Source: Phycisphaerae bacterium
GTDB lineage: Bacteria > Planctomycetota > Phycisphaerae > UBA1845 > Fen-1342
Reading direction: 5' to 3'
Length of the DNA: 43,927 nt
Assembly: GCA_050115495.1 (NCBI GenBank)
Contig: JASFQK010000047.1
Coordinates: 1-43,927 of the forward strand
In this document: in pieces, positions 36,549-43,927 of the stretch
Layout: each line of letters opens with the position of its first letter
Numbering within the stretch: the first letter of the stretch is position 1
The notes under the pieces: model-generated
What the model saw: the letters and a program-made list of their open reading frames with translations, nothing else
The model's database searches: none
What the model was told of the DNA's origin: nothing
Program-made: the position numbers and the translations under genes

Positions 36549-38135
36549 TCATCCGTCCCAGTCCGGACAGCGCACGTCGCACACGCGACAACCGGCGTCG
36601 CACCACTTCTGTTCTGCCGCCAGCGCCTGGGCTTCGCGCTGCACTTTTCCCAAATACACATACACGAGCGTAGCCATGAACAGAAGGACGAACGCCGGCG
36701 CCGTACCGAAGATCGACATGGCGACGAGCGTTGCGACCTGATTCGACTGGCCCATGAGGCTGGATGTTGGTAACGCCGTGCCCGGAGCGGACGCGGTGAT
36801 GCCGGCTGTGAGAAGCGATAGCATGGCGGGCCAGAGCGGAATGAGTTGCGCGCCGGCGAAGAGCAGGCCGCAAAAGGTCAGCTCCTGCATAACGGCTCCC
36901 CATCGTTCTGTCGGTACACGCCGAAGGAGCGTGCTGCAGTACCAGCAGAGCGCCGCCAACAACGGCCACGCGAGGCACTGCCACGTCAACGCTACGATGC
37001 ACTGCCAACTGCCTTCGGCCAGCAGCGCCCAGCTGCAGACCGGCAGCAGGCAAGCCCGGCGTGTCAGGCGTCTGGACCAGTGATCGGCGGCGAGCCCGCG
37101 CAGGTCAGGCTCACGCCAGGTGAAGACGTAGGTGCCCGCGAACAGGAGGGTCAGTGCGCACGCTGCGGACACGGCCGCCGTTGTCAGCGTGGCCATGCCA
37201 GCGGATTGCGTTGCACCGTCCAGCACCAGACTGGCCCAGCCAATCCCGGTGAAGACTACGGGGACCAGCGACGCCAAGCCGGCGGCCAGCAGGAGGAGGC
37301 AGCCGACCCGAAGCCGCCGGAGCCAGCGCGCGTCGGCCAGGGCGAGACGCTGTCCACCGAGCGCGCGTTTCACCGGCGTACCGCACTCCGGGCAACGCTC
37401 CGCCAGCCGGTGGCCGCGCAGGTCGTAATCACACGCCACGCAGCGGATGCCGATGAGGTTGCCACTGTGCAGGGCGACCCGTAGCGCGGAGCCATCGGCC
37501 AGTTCTGGCGGCGTGGTCTCGGGCGCGCGGTATGCGACGTCAAGAAGAGGCGCGATCAGGCGAATGATGGGGTTGCGACCACAGTGTTGGTGGACGGCCA
37601 CCGCGATCTGCTCTGCGATGTGTTCGGGCGACTCGTAATAGATGTCCTCGATGAGCCGATGTCGGCCCTTGCCGGAGTTGCTGGTCTTACCGAGGGTGCG
37701 GGTGACCTCGTTGCCGTCGCGCTTCTCTGATGGACGCAGAAGCAGCCGGATTCCGCGGTGCCCGGCACGGCGCCAGAGGCCTTTCCTGGCGGATCTCAGC
37801 ATTGAGGTCAGGCGAATCTCGATTTCCTCAATGTCCGCCAGATTGGTGCTCTGCAGTGTTCCCCAGCGGGAACGCACGTGAAGCTCTTTGGACTGGATAG
37901 CGACGTGTCGCGGAAGCAGGTAACAGCAGATGAAGCTGGCGATGAGGAGTAACGGGAGCACGCACAAAACACAGAGCCAGGCAGACACAACCGGGCCATC
38001 GAAGAGCAGCGATACGGACAGCACCAACGCCAGTGGGGTGGTCGCCAGGGTTGCTTGCGTGAAGGCGGCCACCGCCTTGCCTGTGCTGACACGTGCGATC
38101 ACGCGTTCGGTTTCGTTCGGATCCGTACCACCCAT
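36549..38135 (-). CDS. Multi-pass membrane protein with central zinc ribbon, 528 aa
   Basis: Two N-terminal TM segments, a soluble PH-like stretch, CVACDYDLRG..RCPECG, about 5-6 further TM segments, Cys-rich tail CDAGCRVCDVRCP. Start at ATG 38135 is uncertain. Confidence 0.7.
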   Translation of the reverse strand: MGGTDPNETERVIARVSTGKAVAAFTQATLATTPLALVLSVSLLFDGPVVSAWLCVLCVLPLLLIASFICCYLLPRHVAIQSKELHVRSRWGTLQSTNLADIEEIEIRLTSMLRSARKGLWRRAGHRGIRLLLRPSEKRDGNEVTRTLGKTSNSGKGRHRLIEDIYYESPEHIAEQIAVAVHQHCGRNPIIRLIAPLLDVAYRAPETTPPELADGSALRVALHSGNLIGIRCVACDYDLRGHRLAERCPECGTPVKRALGGQRLALADARWLRRLRVGCLLLLAAGLASLVPVVFTGIGWASLVLDGATQSAGMATLTTAAVSAACALTLLFAGTYVFTWREPDLRGLAADHWSRRLTRRACLLPVCSWALLAEGSWQCIVALTWQCLAWPLLAALCWYCSTLLRRVPTERWGAVMQELTFCGLLFAGAQLIPLWPAMLSLLTAGITASAPGTALPTSSLMGQSNQVATLVAMSIFGTAPAFVLLFMATLVYVYLGKVQREAQALAAEQKWCDAGCRVCDVRCPDWDG

Positions 38136-38334
38136 CACTTCGCCCCGCGGGGTGCTCAGCGTGCGTGCCGCCGGCGGCGTGCGGGGCCGAAGCCCCTCGA
38201 CACTCCCGGGCGCGCCGCCGACGCATGGTACCGCATTGCTGCTCCGGCGGGGTAGTCTCCTTCCGGCGGAGGGTACGGACTGCTGGGCGCGGCCCGGACA
38301 CGCGGTTTCCGGCCCAGGGCTCACGGCTGACGGC

Positions 38335-38485
38335 GAGGCGAAGACGTCTGGTGTCCCGGCGCACCGGGAGACGCTGTGGAGACGTCGGCCACAGGGGGCC
38401 GGCGCTACAAGACGTCCGGTGCGGAGCCCGGACGCTACCGGCTGATGGCTAGGCGAAGACGTCCGGTGCAGAGCCCGGACGCTAC
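38335..38485. repeat. REP cluster in the divergent intergenic region
   Basis: GACGTCGGCCACAGGGGGCCGGCGCTAC 38381-38408; GACGTCCGGTGCRGAGCCCGGACGCTAC 38411-38438 and 38458-38485. Confidence 0.85.
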
Positions 38486-38611
38486 GTATTGGCGACGCGA
38501 CCGGGCGGGGGGCTGGCCGGGCGGGTATGATAGGGTGGGACGTGGGGCAGGGCCGGCGGCGTGGACGCCGCGCGGGGGGCGGTCGTTGGGGCAGGGTTCT
38601 GCGGTCGGACG

Positions 38612-38992
38612 ATGGCGAGGAAGATCAGAGTCAAGCAATCGTCGGTGGCGGTGTCGGTCGTCGTGGCCGTGTTGACGTTCCCCATCTTCTGCGCCGAACT
38701 GGGCTTCCTGGCGACGGTGGCGGGCGCGGGTATCGACAGTGTGCTCGACGACGTCGGCATCCACCTCGGTGCGGTGGGATGGAACATCGTCATCCTGGTT
38801 CTCAGCGTCGCCGTGCTGGCGTCCGCGGGATTGCTGTCGCGGCACGTGTACGTCACGATGCGCTGGAAGAACGCCGAAATCGGCGGGCGATATTGTGTGC
38901 AGTGCCAGTATGACCTGACCGGCAACGTCAGCGGACGCTGCCCGGAGTGCGGATTGGAACTGACGGATGACGGCGGGGCGGAGAGGAGCTGA
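38612..38992 (+). CDS. Small membrane zinc-ribbon protein, paralog 1 (126 aa)
   Basis: MARKIRVK, hydrophobic core, YVTMRW, GGRYCVQCQYDLTGNVSGRCPECG. Confidence 0.85.
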   Translation: MARKIRVKQSSVAVSVVVAVLTFPIFCAELGFLATVAGAGIDSVLDDVGIHLGAVGWNIVILVLSVAVLASAGLLSRHVYVTMRWKNAEIGGRYCVQCQYDLTGNVSGRCPECGLELTDDGGAERS

Positions 38993-39056
38993 GTGGGGCG
39001 GGCCGAGCGGCTCGAGCCGGTTCCAGATGTTCTTGGGCAAGTCGGTGATCAGGACA

Positions 39057-39437
39057 ATGCCGAGGACGGTCAGGGTTAGGTATTCATCTGTGTTGGCGTC
39101 GCTCCTTGTCGCCGCGATGGTGTTCCTGTGCGTCGGTGCGGCGACGTTCTACGTGATTGCCCTGGTGACGTTCACGATTGCCGAGCGGTTCGGCCTGATC
39201 AATCTCTATGCCTACCGGACACTGACGGTGATGCTTGCGGGCACATTATGGAGTGTGTCGCTCGTGTTCGCCGGTTTGCTGGCACGGCGCGCCTACGCCC
39301 TGATGCGCTGGCAGGACGCCGAGCTCGGTGGGCGGTATTGCGTGCAGTGCCGGTACGACCTGACCGGCAACGTCAGCGGACGATGCCCGGAGTGTGGGTT
39401 GGACCTGACGGACGACGAGGATCCGGGAAGAGCATGA
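39057..39437 (+). CDS. Small membrane zinc-ribbon protein, paralog 2 (126 aa)
   Basis: MPRTVRVR, hydrophobic core, YALMRW, GGRYCVQCRYDLTGNVSGRCPECG. Confidence 0.85.
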   Translation: MPRTVRVRYSSVLASLLVAAMVFLCVGAATFYVIALVTFTIAERFGLINLYAYRTLTVMLAGTLWSVSLVFAGLLARRAYALMRWQDAELGGRYCVQCRYDLTGNVSGRCPECGLDLTDDEDPGRA

Positions 39438-39603
39438 ATACGGCGGCGTCTTGGCGCATTGCACATGTCCGCCGCACACCGGCCTGCTGGAAGGGACCAA
39501 TAACAGAATCAAGGTCATCAAACGAATCGTGTACGGCTACCGTGACGACGAGTACTTCTTCCTCGTAATCCGAGCCGCCTTCCCCGGAAAAGCCGGATGA
39601 ACC
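39430..39603 (+). mobile_element. ISL3-family remnant: transposase C-terminus plus right end
   Basis: Frame 39439-39600 reads YGGVLAHCTCPPHTGLLEGTNNRIKVIKRIVYGYRDDEYFFLVIRAAFPGKAG*, matching the ISL3 EGxNNxIKxIKRxxYGxR motif. Ends GGATGAACC, like an ISL3 terminal IR. No start codon or N-terminal part. Confidence 0.85.
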
Positions 39604-39626
39604 TGGTATCCAGGCGACGCGCCCGA

Positions 39627-39656
39627 TTGACCCGCCAGCTTCCGGTGCCGTACTAT
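39627..39656 (+). promoter_or_regulatory. Sigma70-type promoter of the riboswitch-metE transcript
   Basis: TTGACC, 18-nt spacer, TACTAT, immediately before the riboswitch. Confidence 0.6.
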
Positions 39657-39659
39657 ACA

Positions 39660-39840
39660 GCCTCGTTGGCTGCGGGAAACGGAAGCCGGTGAGAATCCGG
39701 CGCAGTCGCGCTACTGTGATCGGGATGCCAATCGGGGCAGACCACTGAGATATCCGCGAGTTCTCGCCCTGAGGACCTGCGGCAAAAATCTTGGGAAGGC
39801 CACCCGCTGAGAAACCCGAAAGCCAGGAGACGCCCCGTAG
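39660..39840 (+). ncRNA. Cobalamin riboswitch
   Basis: GGAAGCCGGTGAGAATCCGGCGCAGTCGCGCTACTGTGA (39681-39719), CCACTG (39742), GGGAAGG (39793), B12 box AGCCAGGAGAC (39821-39831). Lies upstream of metE. Confidence 0.9.
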
Positions 39841-39981
39841 CTGGTTCGGTCACGGCCTCGCGTGAAGGCTGCGAACGGCTCGGGCGTCCGCCATCCCGGC
39901 TCCCCCAACCCTTCGCAACTCGGTGACGCAGGCCCGTCCTGGTTGGCTTCCGCGCGATACGGAAGCGGAAAGGCATGCGAC

Positions 39982-42258
39982 ATGCTTACGCACACGCTCG
40001 GTTTTCCCCGCATCGGTACACAGCGTGAACTCAAACGAACGCTTGAAGGCTACTGGGCCGGCACAAAGGACCTGGGGTACCTGCAGTCGATCACCCGCGA
40101 CTTGCGGCAGGAGCACTGGCGCCTTCAGCGCGACGCCGGCGTCGATCTCATCCCCGTTGGCGATTTCTCGCTCTACGACCACGTCCTGGACGTGACCGCC
40201 ATGCTCGGCGCCGTGCCGGCGCGCTTCGAGTGGAAGGGGGATCGCGTCGATCCGGCCACGTACTTTCGGATGGCGCGCGGCGGAGACAATGTGCCAGCCA
40301 TGGAAATGACCAAGTGGTTCGACACCAACTACCACTACATCGTCCCCGAACTACATCCCGGCCAGTCCATGCGATTGGCATCGATGCAACTCCTGGAACA
40401 GACGGAAGAGGCGATGGCAGCCGGCTTCCGAGCAAAGCCCGTACTCCTGGGGCCGTTTACATATCTCAAGCTCAGCAAGCCGATGGTCGCTGGTTTCAGC
40501 GCATTGGATCAACTGGATGTGATTCTGCCCATCTATCAGCAGATGCTGCGCGCCCTCGGCAAGCGGGTCGAATGGATCCAGATCGATGAACCGGCCCTGG
40601 TGCAGGACCTTTCCGAGAAGGAGCAACTCGTATTCCGGCTTGCGATCGAACAACTGACTCGCGCCGCTGGTCAGGCCCGGATTCTGTTGGCCACATATTT
40701 CGGGGCGTTGGGCGCGAACACGACATTGGCCTGTATGCCTCAGGTGGGGGCTGTGCATGTTGACCTCGCCCGTGCGCCCGAACAGCTCGACGAAGTGCTG
40801 AAGCACCTGGCCGACGATCAGGCACTTTCCCTGGGTATCGTGGACGGGCGCAATATCTGGCGCGTTGACGCCGATATGGCGCTGACGCAGATTCAACGTG
40901 CCGTCGATGCGCTCGGAATCGATCGCGTCATGCTGGGTTCTTCGTGCTCTCTGCTGCACGTGCCGATTGATCTCGGCACGGAGTCGCGGTTGGACGCCGA
41001 AGTCAGATCGTGGCTGGCGTTCGCCAAGCAGAAGTGCGGTGAATTACGAATGCTCGCGGACATGGCCATTGGGCAGGATGTTGGCGCTGCGTTGGAACGG
41101 AATCGGGCGGCATGGCAATCCCGGCGCAGCAGCACGCGCGTTACCAATCCAGCGGTTCGCGAGCGACTGGCGAACTTGAGCAGTGACATGTTCTGTCGGC
41201 GATCGCCGGTCGAGAAGCGGAAGCCCGTCCAGCAGAAGCGACTGGGCCTGCCGCTGCTTCCCACGACGACGATCGGCTCGTTCCCCCAAACACGGGAGAT
41301 TCGGGTGACGCGGCGGCAGTTCAAAGCGAACGAGATTTCGGCGGATCAATACACCGCCGCAATGCACGGCTTCATTCGCGACTGCGTCGAACAGCAACAT
41401 CAGCTCGGCCTTGACGTTCTGGTGCATGGCGAGCCGGAGCGCAACGACATGGTGGAGTACTTCGGTGAGCAGCTCGACGGGTTCTGCTTCACGTCGAACG
41501 GCTGGGTGCAGAGCTACGGCAGCCGCTGCGTCAAGCCGCCGATCATCTTCGGCGACGTGCAGCGCCCACGGCCGATGACCGTCGATTGGATCAAGCACGC
41601 CCAGTCGCTGACGGACAAACCCATGAAGGGCATGCTCACCGGTCCGGTGACGATTCTCTGCTGGAGTTTCGTGCGCGACGACCAGCCGCGGCGCGACACC
41701 TGCATGCAGCTCGCGCTGGCCATTCGCGACGAAGTGTTGGACTTGGAGCGGGCCGGCGTACAGATCATCCAGGTCGACGAAGCGGCCCTGCGCGAGGGCC
41801 TGCCGCTACGGCGATCCGATTGGAACGAATACCTGACGTGGGCCGTGGATGCATTCCGCCTGGCGACGACCGGCGTGCGGGACGAGACCCAGCTTCACAC
41901 GCACATGTGCTACAGCGAATTCAACCAGATTGTGGGCTGGATCGCCAAAATGGACGCCGACGTAATCAGCATCGAATCCAGCCGCAGCAAGATGGAGCTG
42001 CTTCAGGCTTTCCGGCAATTCGAATACCCGAACGACATCGGGCCGGGCGTCTACGACATTCACAGCCCACGTGTGCCATCCGTAGAGGAAATCGCATCGT
42101 TGCTCTCGGCCGCAGCGCAAGTCATCCGGCCAGAGCGGTTGTGGGTCAATCCGGATTGCGGCCTGAAGACCCGCGGCTGGCCGGAAGCGATTGCATCGAT
42201 TCAGAATATGGTGGCGGCTGCCAGAGCTGTTCGGCATGAATTCCAGAAAGTGTCGTGA
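39982..42258 (+). CDS. metE: Cobalamin-independent methionine synthase
   Basis: LGFPRIG, MTKWFDTNYHY, TTTIGSFPQT, HGEPERNDMVEYF, HTHMCYS, WVNPDCGLKTR. Confidence 0.98.
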   Translation: MLTHTLGFPRIGTQRELKRTLEGYWAGTKDLGYLQSITRDLRQEHWRLQRDAGVDLIPVGDFSLYDHVLDVTAMLGAVPARFEWKGDRVDPATYFRMARGGDNVPAMEMTKWFDTNYHYIVPELHPGQSMRLASMQLLEQTEEAMAAGFRAKPVLLGPFTYLKLSKPMVAGFSALDQLDVILPIYQQMLRALGKRVEWIQIDEPALVQDLSEKEQLVFRLAIEQLTRAAGQARILLATYFGALGANTTLACMPQVGAVHVDLARAPEQLDEVLKHLADDQALSLGIVDGRNIWRVDADMALTQIQRAVDALGIDRVMLGSSCSLLHVPIDLGTESRLDAEVRSWLAFAKQKCGELRMLADMAIGQDVGAALERNRAAWQSRRSSTRVTNPAVRERLANLSSDMFCRRSPVEKRKPVQQKRLGLPLLPTTTIGSFPQTREIRVTRRQFKANEISADQYTAAMHGFIRDCVEQQHQLGLDVLVHGEPERNDMVEYFGEQLDGFCFTSNGWVQSYGSRCVKPPIIFGDVQRPRPMTVDWIKHAQSLTDKPMKGMLTGPVTILCWSFVRDDQPRRDTCMQLALAIRDEVLDLERAGVQIIQVDEAALREGLPLRRSDWNEYLTWAVDAFRLATTGVRDETQLHTHMCYSEFNQIVGWIAKMDADVISIESSRSKMELLQAFRQFEYPNDIGPGVYDIHSPRVPSVEEIASLLSAAAQVIRPERLWVNPDCGLKTRGWPEAIASIQNMVAAARAVRHEFQKVS

Positions 42259-42414
42259 ACAGCCTCCACGCGGGGGGAAGCAAACGCCGTAGGGCGGGTT
42301 TCACCGCCGATTCGCACGAGCAGCGGGCACCGCCGGACGGATCGAGTCAGCGTAGCGGACGATCGGCGGGCCGAGCCCGTCACACATGCGGACGTGCATC
42401 GTCACGGTGGGATG

Positions 42415-42807
42415 ATGGCGAGGAAGTACAGGGTCAAGCGGGCATCGGTAGTGACGTCACTGGCCGTGGCCGTGCTGGTCTTTCCGTTTGCGTTCATTGC
42501 CGTCGGCGGGCTGTTGCTCGGCATTGGCGCCCTTGTGCTGCCGGTGATGTTGAACACGGGCATCCAGGGCAACGGGTCGTTGGCCGACATCATCATTTGC
42601 GTCGCGGGCGGGCTGCCGCTTCTGGTGGCCGGGCTGGTGTCCTGGTGGATGTACGTCACGATGCGCTGGGAGGATGCCGAGGTCGGTGGGCGCTATTGTG
42701 TTCAGTGCGGCTATGACCTGACCGGCAACGTCAGCGGGCGCTGTCCGGAGTGCGGGCTTGCTCGGGCCGGCGACAGCCGGGCGGCGGACGGGCAGCCGCC
42801 GGGTTGA
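42415..42807 (+). CDS. Small membrane zinc-ribbon protein, paralog 3 (130 aa)
   Basis: MARKYRVK, hydrophobic core, YVTMRW, GGRYCVQCGYDLTGNVSGRCPECG. Confidence 0.85.
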   Translation: MARKYRVKRASVVTSLAVAVLVFPFAFIAVGGLLLGIGALVLPVMLNTGIQGNGSLADIIICVAGGLPLLVAGLVSWWMYVTMRWEDAEVGGRYCVQCGYDLTGNVSGRCPECGLARAGDSRAADGQPPG

Positions 42808-42847
42808 ACCCGCGCCGCCGGTGCCCGTACGGGTTGATGGTGAGACG

Positions 42848-43255
42848 ATGGCCAGGAGGATCAGAGTCCAGGGTGCATCCGTGCTGGCGTCGCTTGCCGT
42901 GGCTGCGCTGGTGTTTCCGTTCTTCGCTGGACTGACGTACTACGTGATGGCGCAGGTGGTCAACAGCTTCGCGGACAGGCTCTTCCCCCCCAGGTGGTCG
43001 CCTCCTGATTGGGTCGGAATGATCCTGGTCGGCGTTGTTCTGGGCCTGCCACTGCTGCTGGCCTACCTCGGATCGCGATGGGTATACAGCATCATGCGCT
43101 GGAAGGACGTCGTAATCGGCGGGCGATACTGCGTTCAGTGTGGCTACGATCTTACGGGCAATGTCAGTGGACGATGTCCCGAGTGCGGCTTGGACCTGAC
43201 GGACGGCGAGACCGCGCCGAACGGAGCGACCGGCGAAGTTGAGGCTGACGGATAG
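42848..43255 (+). CDS. Small membrane zinc-ribbon protein, paralog 4 (135 aa)
   Basis: MARRIRVQ, hydrophobic core, YSIMRW, GGRYCVQCGYDLTGNVSGRCPECG. Confidence 0.85.
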   Translation: MARRIRVQGASVLASLAVAALVFPFFAGLTYYVMAQVVNSFADRLFPPRWSPPDWVGMILVGVVLGLPLLLAYLGSRWVYSIMRWKDVVIGGRYCVQCGYDLTGNVSGRCPECGLDLTDGETAPNGATGEVEADG

Positions 43256-43389
43256 GCAATGCCGAGACTGTAGGGCGGGTTTCACCCGCCGGTTCGTGCG
43301 ATGGGCCGTTGCCGCCGACTGTGCCGAACCGGCGTGACGAACGATCGGCGGGCGAAGCCCGCCCGCGTGTCCGGCCGATTGGTGAGGCG

Positions 43390-43785
43390 ATGCCGAGGAA
43401 GATCAAAATCGCGCGGACGCCGGCGATTGTGGCGCTCGGCTTGGCGGTGCTCGCCTTTCCGTTCGCGTGCGCTGCGGCGGGCGTGCTCACGATTCCGATC
43501 GTCCTGGCCGTCGCGCCGGTGGTGATGGCCATCGGCTTCTTCGCCGGCGCGGCCCCGGACGAGGTTCTCTATTACACGATCGGGGGTGCGATGTTGCTGG
43601 CGGCGGCGCTGATGTCGTGGCGCGTGTACGCTGACCTGCGCTGGGAGACCATCGACAACACCGGGCGTTATTGCCTGCGGTGCGGCTATGACCTGACGGG
43701 TAACGTCAGCGGGCGATGTCCGGAGTGCGGGCGGGAGCTGACGGACGACGAAGGCGCAGCGAATGGGTCGCGCGTCGGGTCGTAG
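43390..43785 (+). CDS. Small membrane zinc-ribbon protein, paralog 5 (131 aa)
   Basis: MPRKIKIA, hydrophobic core, YADLRW, TGRYCLRCGYDLTGNVSGRCPECG. Confidence 0.85.
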   Translation: MPRKIKIARTPAIVALGLAVLAFPFACAAAGVLTIPIVLAVAPVVMAIGFFAGAAPDEVLYYTIGGAMLLAAALMSWRVYADLRWETIDNTGRYCLRCGYDLTGNVSGRCPECGRELTDDEGAANGSRVGS

Positions 43786-43804
43786 CGGTAGGGCGGGTTT
43801 CACC

Positions 43805-43927
43805 CAATGGTACTAACCTTGGTCTTGACAGAATAGAGTCCTCGCTGATCTAAGTTGGTTATTGAGCAAGACTTAGTCAGGAGGACTCGCCGATGTTCAC
43901 GGATGAACACAGACGTATCGTATGGGA
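43805..43927 (+). mobile_element. Probable left end of an insertion sequence (possibly IS4-like), with the start of an ORF at 43893 (MFTDEHRRIVW..., cut by the window edge)
   Basis: The REP at 43788 is cut at ..TTTCACC|CAATGG. Abrupt shift to lower GC, TTGACA, and a hairpin at 43836-43888 that covers the AGGAGG RBS. The transposase itself is not visible. Confidence 0.45.

Noticed and set aside
38612..43785. Diversity-generating retroelement as the cause of paralog variation
   Set aside because: No reverse transcriptase or template repeat in the window. Differences in the near-identical block are mostly synonymous rather than adenine-specific.
38992..43805. Integron cassette array with attC sites
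   Set aside because: Spacers lack consistent RYYYAAC..GTTRRRY ends, the palindromes present are genome-wide REPs, and no integrase is visible.

Overview
High-GC chromosomal window with no rRNA, CRISPR or phage genes. It is probably from a Planctomycetota (Phycisphaerae-like) genome. This is inferred from dockerin-like GDxNxDG tails, PEP-CTERM, A|F-type prepilins, futalosine-pathway genes and CxxCGYDLxG-CPECG zinc-ribbon proteins. Contents in order: a dockerin-tailed Gly-rich secreted protein and a PEP-CTERM protein; a ~1 kb repeat-filled intergenic region; trpA; a 14.6 kb type II secretion/type IV pilus-like operon (PilB/GspE, PilC/GspF, six enlarged N-methylation pilins, 1313-aa GspK/PilX-like protein); folD; ROK kinase; amidohydrolase; tRNA-Thr(CGT) flanked by candidate small RNAs; a secreted ADP-ribosylglycohydrolase-like dockerin protein; elbB; a large protein with a pilin-like tail; mqnA-mqnC; GT87; a methyltransferase; a MASE1-PadR pair; a large zinc-ribbon membrane protein; and five small zinc-ribbon membrane paralogs split by an ISL3 remnant plus cobalamin riboswitch-metE. 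The window ends in a probable IS inserted into a REP. Best leads: (1) the five-paralog array, which has an exactly length-invariant scaffold and a hypervariable middle; (2) a four-unit REP cluster translated in frame inside MqnC; (3) promoter- and terminator-bounded candidate small RNAs around the tRNA; (4) many REP-like families, several of which start at the GTAG formed by a gene's stop codon. All calls come from reading motifs by eye; no searches were run.
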